The notes under the pieces are model-generated. The model did not search any database, was not told the DNA's origin, and saw only the letters and a list, made by a program, of their open reading frames with translations. The translations under genes and the position numbers were made by a program. From Phoronis australis (Eukaryota > Animalia > Phoronida): DNA of 64,000 nucleotides. The stretch is taken from positions 137,414-201,413 of the forward strand of contig NMRA01000276.1 of assembly GCA_002633005.1 (NCBI GenBank). Direction: 5' to 3'. This document shows, piece after piece, positions 52,297 to 64,000 of this stretch. The first letter of the stretch is position 1. Every line of letters begins with the position of its first letter.

Positions 52297-53349
52297 CCCA
52301 TTAATACAACAGACCGCACTGGGTGCATGCAAAATCTGGGAATCAACCGACACTCACCTTGCCCGTTACAGTTGCTTAAGTAAAAAACAATGCAATAAAC
52401 ATTTTCTTGCGTAACTCTCCGCCTTTTCTAATAATGAAAAGTATGTCATCATTTTGAAAACAGTACGCTCGTGTCACGCGCACGCGATTTCCTAAATTTT
52501 TTACGACTTCTCTTAGGAGATGATGATAGTTTGGCAGCGGCAGAATTTCTTCTGAACTTCGGTTTTTCGGTATCGAAATTCTAAAAACTTATAATGAAGT
52601 GGAACCAGTTCCGATAATTTGTTGTGGCGTGTACGCAACCTCGTGAAAGAATAACAGTTGATTGAAGAATCGGCGAATAAAGAAACTGGACAATAGGTGA
52701 TGCAATATTTCATGGCGCCGAAAGCCATCGTTAAAGATCGCTCCACAACGTTAGCAGCAGAATAACGGTAGAACGCCATTTTTTCCTACATCGTTAAATA
52801 ATTTAGTTTACTCAAGGAAGACTAGTTTTTAATGACAGTAATTTTGTGTCAGATTTTATCTTACCACTTTTTACACACATCAGTGCAAAGCTGTATATTT
52901 AGTATACAGCTTTGTACCAAAGCTACCATAGCCTTAGCCTTGGAAAATTCAAAAGTTGTGCAGATTTCAGTATCTCACATTTTGAAGATTCTTGAATTGG
53001 GAGTTTTTAGCAAAGGAAAATTTTACTCTTCCAATTATGTGCTATTTAAAACAGGAAGCGTCAAATCAATGCTAGTAATGATGCTCATTTCTCTTAATGC
53101 TTATTTTTGCTGAGCGCTTAGACAAAATGAAATTGCAGTTGTTGGCCATACTGTGTGCTTAAGTGAAGTTTATTTTGGTTATCGACTCAGTTAAATAGGA
53201 TTACTGTAACAAGGTGTTTAGATGAAATGGTATTCAGGTTGTCAAAACTTTTTTTTATTTTGGGTAGGGTGCTTGCTTGCAGAGATATTTTTTTAACTTT
53301 GTCTTTGCCATTAAAGTTGGGCTCAAAATTTGTGTTTCCTGGTTAACTC

Positions 53350-53681
53350 GTGGAAGACATTGAACTATTTGTATGCAAGCTGTACGGCGAGTCATCAACA
53401 GTTAATAAAGCTCGCTACCACATATTCAGGTTGAAATCTGTAATCTGCCTCCTCATCATGATTGTTTGCTGCTACATGCTAAAAGAGCAAACTACCAGTG
53501 TGCCATTCACAAACGAGCCTTGCAACAGCGTGTCGGTGCGCCATCTCCAGTTGCTAATGGGTGGCTTTTGGAGTGGGGTAGTCTGATGCTCCACTGGATG
53601 ACTCTGCCTTTAGCCCCAGAAAATGCCATGAAAAATGTCAATGGCAAGTGTAAAAGAAGTGGTTGTTGTAAAAAAATGTGA
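53350..53681 (+). pseudogene. Academ-type (XPG/CXC-associated) transposase C-terminal fragment
   Basis: ELFVCKLYG...VNKARY / LPP...LHAKRANYQ...PSPVANGW...W.TLP.AP...KCKRSGC with a frameshift. Confidence 0.65.
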
Positions 53682-55384
53682 TCGATAGGACACCTTTCCC
53701 GGAAGTCAACTATCTGTTGGTTGGTGTAAGCTTTGACTGCAGGCAACACCAACAACTCTGACTCATGACAGTAGTTGATAGCTATATAAAAACTGACTGA
53801 CATGGTCGAGTTTGTAAGCAACAAATATCAATAAATAAACAAATAAATATGAGACAAAGTATTAGTTAATGAATTGGCGTTGATAACCAAAATACTGCCT
53901 AAACCACGGGACTATAGTACGGGAAACCACAAAATACCCAAAAAACAAAAAATACCTCGGTAACCCCAACTAAACCAAGATAAACCCCAACCTGAAAACC
54001 AAGATGAAGCCCAACCACTTGGCTACTGTGCTAGTAAACCACTAACACAGTACTACTTTTCTTTCTAACTTCNNTCCCCCCCCCCCCCCGGAATGCTAGG
54101 AATTAAACACCCAGGCACAAAAGTGGCGTAAAAGCCATTAAATACACTCCGCAAGAACAAAAGCAGTGCCAACTATGGCAATTGTTGTAGTACTGCACAG
54201 GTTCACTAATTATGCCTCACGGAGAGTTTCTACAGTGTACGGCCTAAACAACCAGCTTCCACCAAGGTCCAAATTTGACAGGCAAAATTCTCGGGCTTGA
54301 CGATGTATTTAGGGTAGTGCCATCCAGAAAACTAATACACGGACTAATCACAGGACAGCACAAGACAAGGACAAGGACGAGTGATTACAACAGAAGCTTT
54401 TCGGCATCTGGCCATTTTCACATTGTTTGTGTCATATCCCTTGGCGCAAGCATTGTAAAAATGGCCATTTGCTAACTTGGGCAACTGAACAAAGGACTGC
54501 TTGAAAAAAGTTTGATTACGGAAATATTTGTTCCAGTTGGAAGAAATTAAAGGCATCGACAGCCTCCTAAAATGACCCTCTAAGCGCAACAGTTACTTAT
54601 AGCATCATGGCTTTGATGGCTTAGTGTAAGGCATAATTCTCTAAAGAGCTTCCGGTATATGAAGGGTCTATGGGATGGCTATTGTCTCTACTGCTATTTG
54701 AGACGATTTTACTGTCTATCCCCAATTTAAAGAGTCAGCTTCATCCACGCATTCCTGCCTCATTGCCACTGAACTCAAAATTCAGCCTGTGTTGTCATCA
54801 CTACCTAGCAGCTGCTCTGACAGCTGACAATAGAACCCATTGTTCTCCATTTCTGAAAATCTTCAACAGGAACAGCATTTGGAAAAATTTTACTCAATAC
54901 CAGTGATTTCAATGTTAACTAAGTCTAAAAAGTCTAGCGTAGAGGTAAACTTTTCAGCCACAATGTCCTGTCTTCCCACGAAGCAGACAGTCCGAGTGAA
55001 AAATTTAATAACACCAGTCACATTTTTATCACATGATAGTCGAGTCTACTGGCATTTTTCAGTCTGTATTCTGCAGCATTGTTATGGTCAATACTCAGCA
55101 ATGTATGTCTGAATTTGACATTCTGAAGTTAGTAAAACATTAAAACTACTCCAGTAGAACTTTTGTAAAAATTGCACAATATACCAGCCTACCATTATGA
55201 ATACAAATAAGGTGGAGTCAACTAACCGATTTAGGTGTGTGTTCATTTTACTTGGGACAGGAGTGTTAAGGCATGTTGATGAAAACCAATATTATTATAA
55301 CAAACATTTGCAACAATGCCTTCCCATAATTTTCTGGATTCGTTACCAACTCATTCTCTAGTTGAGAACCATTTATTCTCAAAT

Positions 55385-55413
55385 TATAATAATAATAATA
55401 ATAATAATAATAA
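55385..55413. repeat. (AAT)n microsatellite
   Basis: Direct; possibly the tail of a minus-strand retroposon. Confidence 0.85.
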
Positions 55414-56240
55414 CTTTATTTATAGAGGATAAAAAACATGTTAAGTGTAAAACTTATTTACCACATGGTCCTCGAAATTACAATAAATAGATAAATAAAA
55501 TAAATTAACAAAAATAACCAATAATATTGAATTTCGTCATAGTGAGAAATGCACATACAACAATTACTTTTAAGTAGGTAACAGTGTTTCCATTCAAAGG
55601 TTTGTTGAGATGCCCTGTAAGCCTGACCAGTGTTGCACTGACCACGGAATATTGAAAAGTGGCCAGCTATGAGACTAAAATTTCATTGTGTAAATGCCTG
55701 TGTAATGACTAGTTGTGTAATGGTGTTGGGGACTGATTAGCTAGGGTTCACACAACTAATTGCTGAGTCAAGCGTAATTTTGAACAAATGATTACTTCGT
55801 AAACGATGTGGCTGCCTTCTTTCCGAACTGATCGCTAGTTTTCTGAATCGGTTGCAGGACATTTAATCAGGTCGGGATTGCGGTCAAACCAGCTGCTGCG
55901 ACACATTACGGTAGAAGCAGTCATTGAGAACGCTGGAACTCATAATTTATGTATAGTTGACAAGCTGAACTCTGTCAGGAAGCAATCACTGTTAAGGTTG
56001 TCTCTGAGCAACACATGACTAACGCTCCTGGCACAGGACAGGAATTCAATTGAAAAATTGTTCAACTTCTTAATACTAAACCTCTGCCTATATCTGATAG
56101 CTAAACATTCTGAAGTTCGTTGGTCACAGCACTGGGATTGTAATATCCATTTATCCTACCAGTGCCATAAAATATGATAGAAGAGGGAGCCTTATAATGT
56201 AGTGAAAAATTCTTCAACATTTTAGTTTTTCACTATATTA

Positions 56241-57029
56241 CATAGGCAGATTTAGGGGGGGGGGCCAGGGGACCCCCCCTCCCTCCTTGGCTGCTGCAAA
56301 AAAATAAAACAGCAAGAGCGTAGGGAAATGTTGAGTTTATTAATTAACCCAGGTAATTAAAATTATACGGCTGAAACAAGATTTAAATGTGTGCAGCTTT
56401 AGTGTGTTTCGGGGGGTGGGGGGGGCTCAGATCCAATTTCAAGAGTCAAATTCGGAACACGGCGCAATTGTAACGGAACTATTGCTAAGTATAGGCTCTC
56501 CTGCGATATCCCAGGCTACCGGCTGTGGCGCTGCGCACTACGACTCCGTTTCCGTCGTTTGCTTCACTGTGCAATGAAGAAACTTACTTCATTTTTTAAA
56601 GAAAATGGAATCTGAGTGACGATGAAAAAACAGAAGTTGTTGGTAAGATGTGAATTTGAATCAAAGCCTTAGTGAATCACTCAGAAACTTATAATTCTCT
56701 CTTTGCCAAGTCTTAACTTAAGACGATTTCCAAACCAATTGCATCATTAATGCCAACACAAAAAAACGGATTTGGTCTTTTGGGCAATTGAAGACTATTT
56801 TAAATACAAAAAAATGGACAAAGTACAAAAAGTGTAATAAGCATTACAAATAGAAGTAGGTTTCACGCACAAATGCTGTGGACCATAAACAAGTAGGTCT
56901 CTTAGTATTAGTATACCCCCCTCCCGACCTCCCCCCATTCGGTGCTATGCACATCTACAATTGTGCTTTGCGCAAATGTTTACAGACAAAATGTAGGGCC
57001 CCCCTTGTGACATCCTAGATCTGCCACTG
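56241..57029. mobile_element. MITE, inverted copy of 18482-19449
   Basis: Colinear reverse complement lacking the tRNA-like segment; flanks tatta/tatca. Confidence 0.8.
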
Positions 57030-57080
57030 TATCATAAACCAAAAACAGAGCAAATAACTGGGTTTTTTTCTTATTGACAG

Positions 57081-57168
57081 GATTTCTTTGGTGTGAGCCT
57101 CATTGTGCCATTGTTTACTGGACACTTAAAATCGCTTGGCGCTAGTGCATCACTTGCTGGTTTCATTG
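57081..57168 (+). CDS. MFSD9: MFSD9-like exon 2 (DFFGVSLIVPLFTGHLKSLGASASLAGFIG)
   Basis: ttttcttattgacag acceptor, G|gtaagt donor; resembles vertebrate MFSD9 DLFGVSMVVPLL..HVKSLGAS as recalled; absent from the ORF track. Confidence 0.85.
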
Positions 57169-57871
57169 GTAAGTTGTTACAATTAATCCATCACTTGCTG
57201 CTTCTGTAGGTGTCTGTTGATGCTAATCGGTTACTTACTGATTAAACCGAGAATTGATGTAGCCATAGTCACAACTAAGTGACATGCATTGATTGTGTTT
57301 TAACATTTTAACTGAATGCATTCTCATATACAATGATATTTCTCCAGACTCAAAAGTGTTCTGGCACAATTAGTCATTTGAAGGCTGGTGCAGTACAGTA
57401 CAGCCACTGAATTATTAGACTTCATCCAGGCTGCCTCTGGTTTGGCCAGGCATGAGCATAACCGAAAACAGACCAGGTGTTAATCAACAGTGACAACAGT
57501 TGTGAACGTAAGTGTGACTATGCCCAGAACGTTCCATGAGTTTGACATGAATGAAGGGCAAGTGTACCATAAGCCAGGTGTGAGTTTCCCTGCCTTCATT
57601 ACAGTCAGGACAATCTTAATTGCTTACTCGTTTAGCGCAACTAGAAAAAGTATTATACTGTATTTCGAGTGGCGTTTCTCAACACTAGAATCAACCGAGG
57701 TGTAAATTGTATACGAGCTTTTCTCTTGGGTAGTTTTCAACTATATATTTATCAACTGTAATTCACTCCCACCCACCTCCCCATTCCCCGGATTCACCAT
57801 CAGTAATTTGTCTACAAAACTACAAAATATTATAATTTAAACTTTAGATTTCAATTACCTCATTTCGTGCT

Positions 57872-60293
57872 AACACAATATAGAGCCAGCTGGCTGGGCA
57901 GCTAACAGTCAACAGAATATAGAGCCAGCTGGCTGGGCAGCTAACAGTCAACACAATATAGAGCCAGCTGGCTGGGCAGCTAACAGTCAACACAATATAG
58001 AGCCAGCTGGCTGGGCAGCTAACAGTCAACACAATATAGAGCCAGCTGGCTGGGCAGCTAACAGTCAACACAATATAGAGCCAGCTGGCTGGGCAGCTAA
58101 CAGTCAACACAATATAGAGCCAGCTGGCTGGGCAGCTAACAGTCAACACAATATAGAGCCAGCTGGCTGGGCAGCTAACAGTCAACACAATATAGAGCCA
58201 GCTGGCTGGGCAGCTAACAGTCAACACAATATAGAGCCAGCTGGCTGGGCAGCTAACAGTCAACACAATATAGAGCCAGCTGGCTGGGCAGCTAACAGTC
58301 AACACAATATAGAGCCAGCTGGCTGGGCAGCTAACAGTCAACACAATATAGAGCCAGCTGGCTGGGCAGCTAACAGTCAACACAATATAGAGCCAGCTGG
58401 CTGGGCAGCTAACAGTCAACACAATATAGAGCCAGCTGGCTGGGCAGCTAACAGTCAACACAATATAGAGCCAGCTGGCTGGGCAGCTAACAGTCAACAC
58501 AATATAGAGCCAGCTGGCTGGGCAGCTAACAGTCAACACAATATAGAGCCAGCTGGCTGGGCAGCTAACAGTCAACACAATATAGAGCCAGCTGGCTGGG
58601 CAGCTAACAGTCAACACAATATAGAGCCAGCTGGCTGGGCAGCTAACAGTCAACACAATATAGAGCCAGCTGGCTGGGCAGCTAACAGTCAACACAATAT
58701 AGAGCCAGCTGGCTGGGCAGCTAACAGTCAACACAATATAGAGCCAGCTGGCTGGGCAGCTAACAGTCAACACAATATAGAGCCAGCTGGCTGGGCAGCT
58801 AACAGTCAACACAATATAGAGCCAGCTGGCTGGGCAGCTAACAGTCAACACAATATAGAGCCAGCTGGCTGGGCAGCTAACAGTCAACACAATATAGAGC
58901 CAGCTGGCTGGGCAGCTAACAGTCAACACAATATAGAGCCAGCTGGCTGGGCAGCTAACAGTCAACACAATATAGAGCCAGCTGGCTGGGCAGCTAACAG
59001 TCAACACAATATAGAGCCAGCTGGCTGGGCAGCTAACAGTCAACACAATATAGAGCCAGCTGGCTGGGCAGCTAACAGTCAACACAATATAGAGCCAGCT
59101 GGCTGGGCAGCTAACAGTCAACACAATATAGAGCCAGCTGGCTGGGCAGCTAACAGTCAACACAATATAGAGCCAGCTGGCTGGGCAGCTAACAGTCAAC
59201 ACAATATAGAGCCAGCTGGCTGGGCAGCTAACAGTCAACACAATATAGAGCCAGCTGGCTGGGCAGCTAACAGTCAACACAATATAGAGCCAGCTGGCTG
59301 GGCAGCTAACAGTCAACACAATATAGAGCCAGCTGGCTGGGCAGCTAACAGTCAACACAATATAGAGCCAGCTGGCTGGGCAGCTAACAGTCAACACAAT
59401 ATAGAGCCAGCTGGCTGGGCAGCTAACAGTCAACACAATATAGAGCCAGCTGGCTGGGCAGCTAACAGTCAACACAATATAGAGCCAGCTGGCTGGGCAG
59501 CTAACAGTCAACACAATATAGAGCCAGCTGGCTGGGCAGCTAACAGTCAACACAATATAGAGCCAGCTGGCTGGGCAGCTAACAGTCAACACAATATAGA
59601 GCCAGCTGGCTGGGCAGCTAACAGTCAACACAATATAGAGCCAGCTGGCTGGGCAGCTAACAGTCAACACAATATAGAGCCAGCTGGCTGGGCAGCTAAC
59701 AGTCAACACAATATAGAGCCAGCTGGCTGGGCAGCTAACAGTCAACACAATATAGAGCCAGCTGGCTGGGCAGCTAACAGTCAACACAATATAGAGCCAG
59801 CTGGCTGGGCAGCTAACAGTCAACACAATATAGAGCCAGCTGGCTGGGCAGCTAACAGTCAACACAATATAGAGCCAGCTGGCTGGGCAGCTAACAGTCA
59901 ACACAATATAGAGCCAGCTGGCTGGGCAGCTAACAGTCAACACAATATAGAGCCAGCTGGCTGGGCAGCTAACAGTCAACACAATATAGAGCCAGCTGGC
60001 TGGGCAGCTAACAGTCAACACAATATAGAGCCAGCTGGCTGGGCAGCTAACAGTCAACACAATATAGAGCCAGCTGGCTGGGCAGCTAACAGTCAACACA
60101 ATATAGAGCCAGCTGGCTGGGCAGCTAACAGTCAACACAATATAGAGCCAGCTGGCTGGGCAGCTAACAGTCAACACAATATAGAGCCAGCTGGCTGGGC
60201 AGCTAACAGTCAACACAATATAGAGCCAGCTGGCTGGGCAGCTAACAGTCAACACAATATAGAGCCAGCTGGCTGGGCAGCTAACAGTCAACA
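57872..60293. repeat. 39-bp minisatellite, about 62 near-perfect copies (aacacaatatagagccagctggctgggcagctaacagtc)
   Basis: Direct. Confidence 0.98.
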
Positions 60294-60341
60294 GGCATGT
60301 CATAATGAGGTGTCAAAGGAGCAGCTCGAGCTTCACAACTG

Positions 60342-61070
60342 AATCTAATGGGCTATTGTGATCAAATTAGTAAACTCTAGCCATCCAACAGTCATCATCC
60401 TATGGTCAATCTAATGGGCTATTGTGATCGAATTAGTAAACTCTAGCCATCCAACAGTCATCATCCTATGGTCAATCTAATGGGCTATTGTGATCGAATT
60501 AGTAAACTCTAGCCATCCAACAGTCATCATCCTATGGTCAATCTAATGGGCTATTGTGATCGAATTAGTAAACTCTAGCCATCCAACAGTCATCATCCTA
60601 TGGTCAATCTAATGGGCTATTGTGATCGAATTAGTAAACTCTAGCCATCCAACAGTCATCATCCTATGGTCAATCTAATGGGCTATTGTGATCGAATTAG
60701 TAAACTCTAGCCATCCAACAGTCATCATCCTATGGTCAATCTAATGGGCTATTGTGATCGAATTAGTAAACTCTAGCCATCCAACAGTCATCATCCTATG
60801 GTCAATCTAATGGGCTATTGTGATCGAATTAGTAAACTCTAGCCATCCAACAGTCATCATCCTATGGTCAATCTAATGGGCTATTGTGATCGAATTAGTA
60901 AACTCTAGCCATCCAACAGTCATCATCCTATGGTCAATCTAATGGGCTATTGTGATCGAATTAGTAAACTCTAGCCATCCAACAGTCATCATCCTATGGT
61001 CAATCTAATGGGCTATTGTGATCGAATTAGTAAACTCTAGCCATCCAACAGTCACCATCCTATGGTCAAT
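60342..61070. repeat. 66-bp minisatellite, 11 near-perfect copies
   Basis: aatctaatgggctattgtgatcgaattagtaaactctagccatccaacagtcatcatcctatggtc repeated. Confidence 0.97.
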
Positions 61071-63351
61071 TTTTACCTGTACTGGTTTGTCATGTAGCAG
61101 ACATTACTAACTGTGCTTCACATTTTGTAACGAATTGGAGAAGGTAACTAGATTCTTATATTTTATTTCTTGTATTGAAATCTCTGTGTATGTTGCAACA
61201 AAAGGCTGAAATGTGATGAAAAATGTTTATTTTTAAAGCAAAAATGATGGAAATTTGGGCACAGAAAAAACATCCAACACCTTTTGGGCACAAAAGGGAG
61301 TCAGAAGAAATAACCTTTTTCAAGCGGAAAGGGTCGTTTTGCACTTGCAATTTTATTTCAGTGCAGACTTTATGAAAAAAATAGCTTTTAAAACTTGATC
61401 CACGCTCCATGGGACAAACGCTGTTTCTTCCAGCGTGCACTGCATTCTCCAATGCGAAATTAAAATGTGTCATGTGAGGTGTCTTCAGTTGTGCCACAGT
61501 GCAATAAAAATGACACAGATAGCATAAGCAAGAATATTTGTGACCTGGGCTTTTCATTCATGATGGTGAATCACAGCAGGTTGCAGATATGAGTGAACTA
61601 AGACACTAAATAGGGTTAAAGGACAAAATATTTGATAATCAAAATATTCAGAGGTGACTGACTTATTCAGTCAGTGTAGGTAAGGTCGGTTTCTCATTAG
61701 AGGATCTTTGGTTTACCGAAGCTTCGCCAAAACTTCTCTTACCTTTCCGACTAGACAGCAATTTGAAGTTATTGGCAAGATACCAGATGACGCAGTTCAT
61801 TCGTATTCTCAAATCAATATTGAGTAGTGGGTTCAAGGCTAACTGAAAATTTTTCTCCTGTGAAAAAAAAATGATTGTCATTCGTTATCAGATTATATGC
61901 TAACCTTTATTTTATTTAGTTTCGTGTGTCTATTGAGAGCATGTCAGCTACGCTACAATAACAAAAAACATGTTTTGCGAGTGTCGCGTGATTGTATATT
62001 GTTGCCACGATCTCTGCCGATAACTTTCGCTCTGACCCAGTTTCCCACGACACCAAAGTTCCGGTGAGTACTGAAGTTAACCTTTCCCCTCTTACCAAAA
62101 CTTTTTAAGCGAAGTTTCGCCTCTTATGGGAAAACAACTAAATCTTAAGTTAAAAACAAATGAGGTCACTCTGACAATTTAGATGCAGGTTGGAGATCAT
62201 GTCAATGGCTATGGACAGTTTCAACAAGGCACCAACTGAATCCTGGCTTTGTGTACAGTCACACTGTTCATCAAATGCGAATAAATTTAATTTACTTGAT
62301 TTTTTGTTAGATTTGAAATTACACTTGGAATGTTTGGAAGACTGCAATTGAAAGTCATAATCACCTATACTTTAGAACAGAATAATTTAGGGGGGGGGGA
62401 ACAATGCTTACGGAACACAAAAAATTGTTCAAAGATGATCCATCAATAGCTAACAAACTGCAAACATGAGGTGTGCCTTTTTCACACCACTGGCTGAAAA
62501 TATTGGTTTGTTGTCTAGTATTATTATTGTTATACCAAATTGGTATATACAGACTGTAAATTAGTATGCAAACCCGTATTGTACTTATATAAACTGAGAC
62601 CGTACCTGTCATGAAATGAATAAGTAGTGTCATATACCAGTATGTCAAAATTATTAGGATTTCATGAGTACTATGAATCTTGATTAATTCTAACTGACAA
62701 TAAAAGACCACTTTTTGTGTTCTGCTATGCATACTTACATTGTACATGGCTTGTGTTCCAACAATGTTCGCACCTATATTTATTTCTAGTACACATAACT
62801 GCACTTGGCAAATAAGAAAACCAATTTTGTCAAGTTCTCAGGACGTCAGATTTTACACAACGGGCAAAAGCTCAATGAGCAATGAATAATTGTACACTAG
62901 TTACTAGGTAATAACCCCATGTACGATGTAGCCATCAAGACTCATGTTTTTGGCCCAAATTACCATTTTGACCTCCCTCACCCTGCATCATTCTGGGAGT
63001 CTGAAGCTTGCTCAGGTTTGGAGGACCCCTTACTAGATAAGATTTGACTTCTAATTTTAATTTTAAAATCTTTAATGATACCAAACCTTATTTTGACCTA
63101 TTATGTCAAGTTCTCAATGACTCACGAGTTCTGCTAAACCTACAAGCGAGACCTATGCTTTGGACCTCAATAATCTGGTGAAGTTTGCCATGGTACGTAC
63201 TTCTTTTGGGTGTATTCGTATAGCATGTACTTCCCATGGGCATGCTCATGTAGCTTGTATATTCAATGGGTGTACTTGTTTTATGTGCACTTCCCTGTGT
63301 TCTGCCCTTGCTTTGTACTCGGTAAATTCATGCTTAGTTGCACCACGATTC

Positions 63352-64000
63352 ATTTATCATGCGCCCACATATTTATATATGGACGCATTATGCCGTCATC
63401 TGTGTCCGTCTGTCTGTATGGGCGGCGTCCGTTCGGCGTCTGTCCGGCGTCCGTCCGGCGTCCATCCGGCGTCCGCTGCGCTATCTCCAAAAGCAATTGA
63501 CGTATGTTCATGAAATTTTTGCACATGTGTTCCTTTTATAGATAGGACGGCATGAGCGAACTTTTGGACGAATCTGACTACTGGTGTGCTCCCTTGTGTC
63601 AAATTTAGTTTTCTACGTTTACCTCTGTATCTTCAAAGGTCCTCAACATATTTTCATAAAATTGGGTATATAGGCATCTATTAGTGAGACGACAGTATCA
63701 TCTCGCTTTCGGATTGATTCAACGTAATTTGCGCCACCTAGTGGCCATTTTTACTGTTTTCAAGTCTGTTTTTTGCTGTCCACCCCGCTATCAACCAAAC
63801 CGCTCTAAGCATGATTGTGAAAATTGGCATGTATGTTCTTACTATGAAGAGGAGGGTTGACGATGATTTTCTGACGACTTTGACCACTGTGGCGCCTTCT
63901 AGTGGCAGTTTTGTTTGTTTTTTTGCGCCTGTATCTCATAAACCGTTTGCAGCATCTTTACTAAATTTAGTAAGTGCATATATATGATGTTGGCAATAGA
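63352..64000 (+). mobile_element. Helentron/DINE-1-like non-autonomous element, 5' part
   Basis: T-rich start, atgcgccca...tggacgcat hairpin, GTCC/GTCT microsatellite, ttcatgaaattt-type core repeats. Confidence 0.6.

Larger units (their letters stand above)
51610..54670 (+). mobile_element. Academ-like DNA transposon derivative with ~200-bp TIRs
   Basis: 51610-51803 is a diverged inverted repeat of 54450-54670; TAG...CTA ends; internal transposase C-terminal remnant. Confidence 0.6.

Noticed and set aside
57844-60303. 819-aa ORF (LTVSCPASWLYIV)n
   Set aside because: Read-through of a 39-bp (multiple of 3) minisatellite with no synonymous variation; intronic and antisense to MFSD9
60342-61070. 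CRISPR-like appearance of the regular repeats (also 1-630, 9840-10320, 31510-31583)
   Set aside because: Head-to-tail units with no unique spacers, no cas genes, eukaryotic context
57169-64000. MFSD9 exon 3
   Set aside because: No G-S-x-Y-G-x-x-Q-type exon with splice sites found; probably beyond the window

Overview
Repeat-rich eukaryotic (invertebrate animal-like) genomic DNA, not prokaryotic. Two host genes sit head-to-head, with only 237 bp between their start codons. The first is a NEURL4 (neuralized-like 4) homolog on the minus strand, with 4 exons at 45901-45740, 25316-24962, 9326-9121 and 2985-2874; it continues beyond base 1. The second is an MFSD9-like MFS transporter on the plus strand, with exons at 46139-46204 and 57081-57168; it continues beyond the window. 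The introns hold deeply nested transposons: a THAP-bearing Kolobok-like element, a Gmr1-type Gypsy LTR element (integrase upstream of RT), ISL2EU-, hAT-, Academ-, Tc1/pogo- and Helentron-like elements, a Penelope element with a hammerhead-ribozyme motif, a CR1/L2 LINE tail, tRNA-derived SINEs and several minisatellites. The most unusual feature is a 4-exon, 363-aa spliced ORF antisense in NEURL4 intron 2 that fuses an intact THAP zinc finger in frame to a Gypsy-type D,D(35)E integrase core. All family assignments come from motif recognition by eye; no searches were run.
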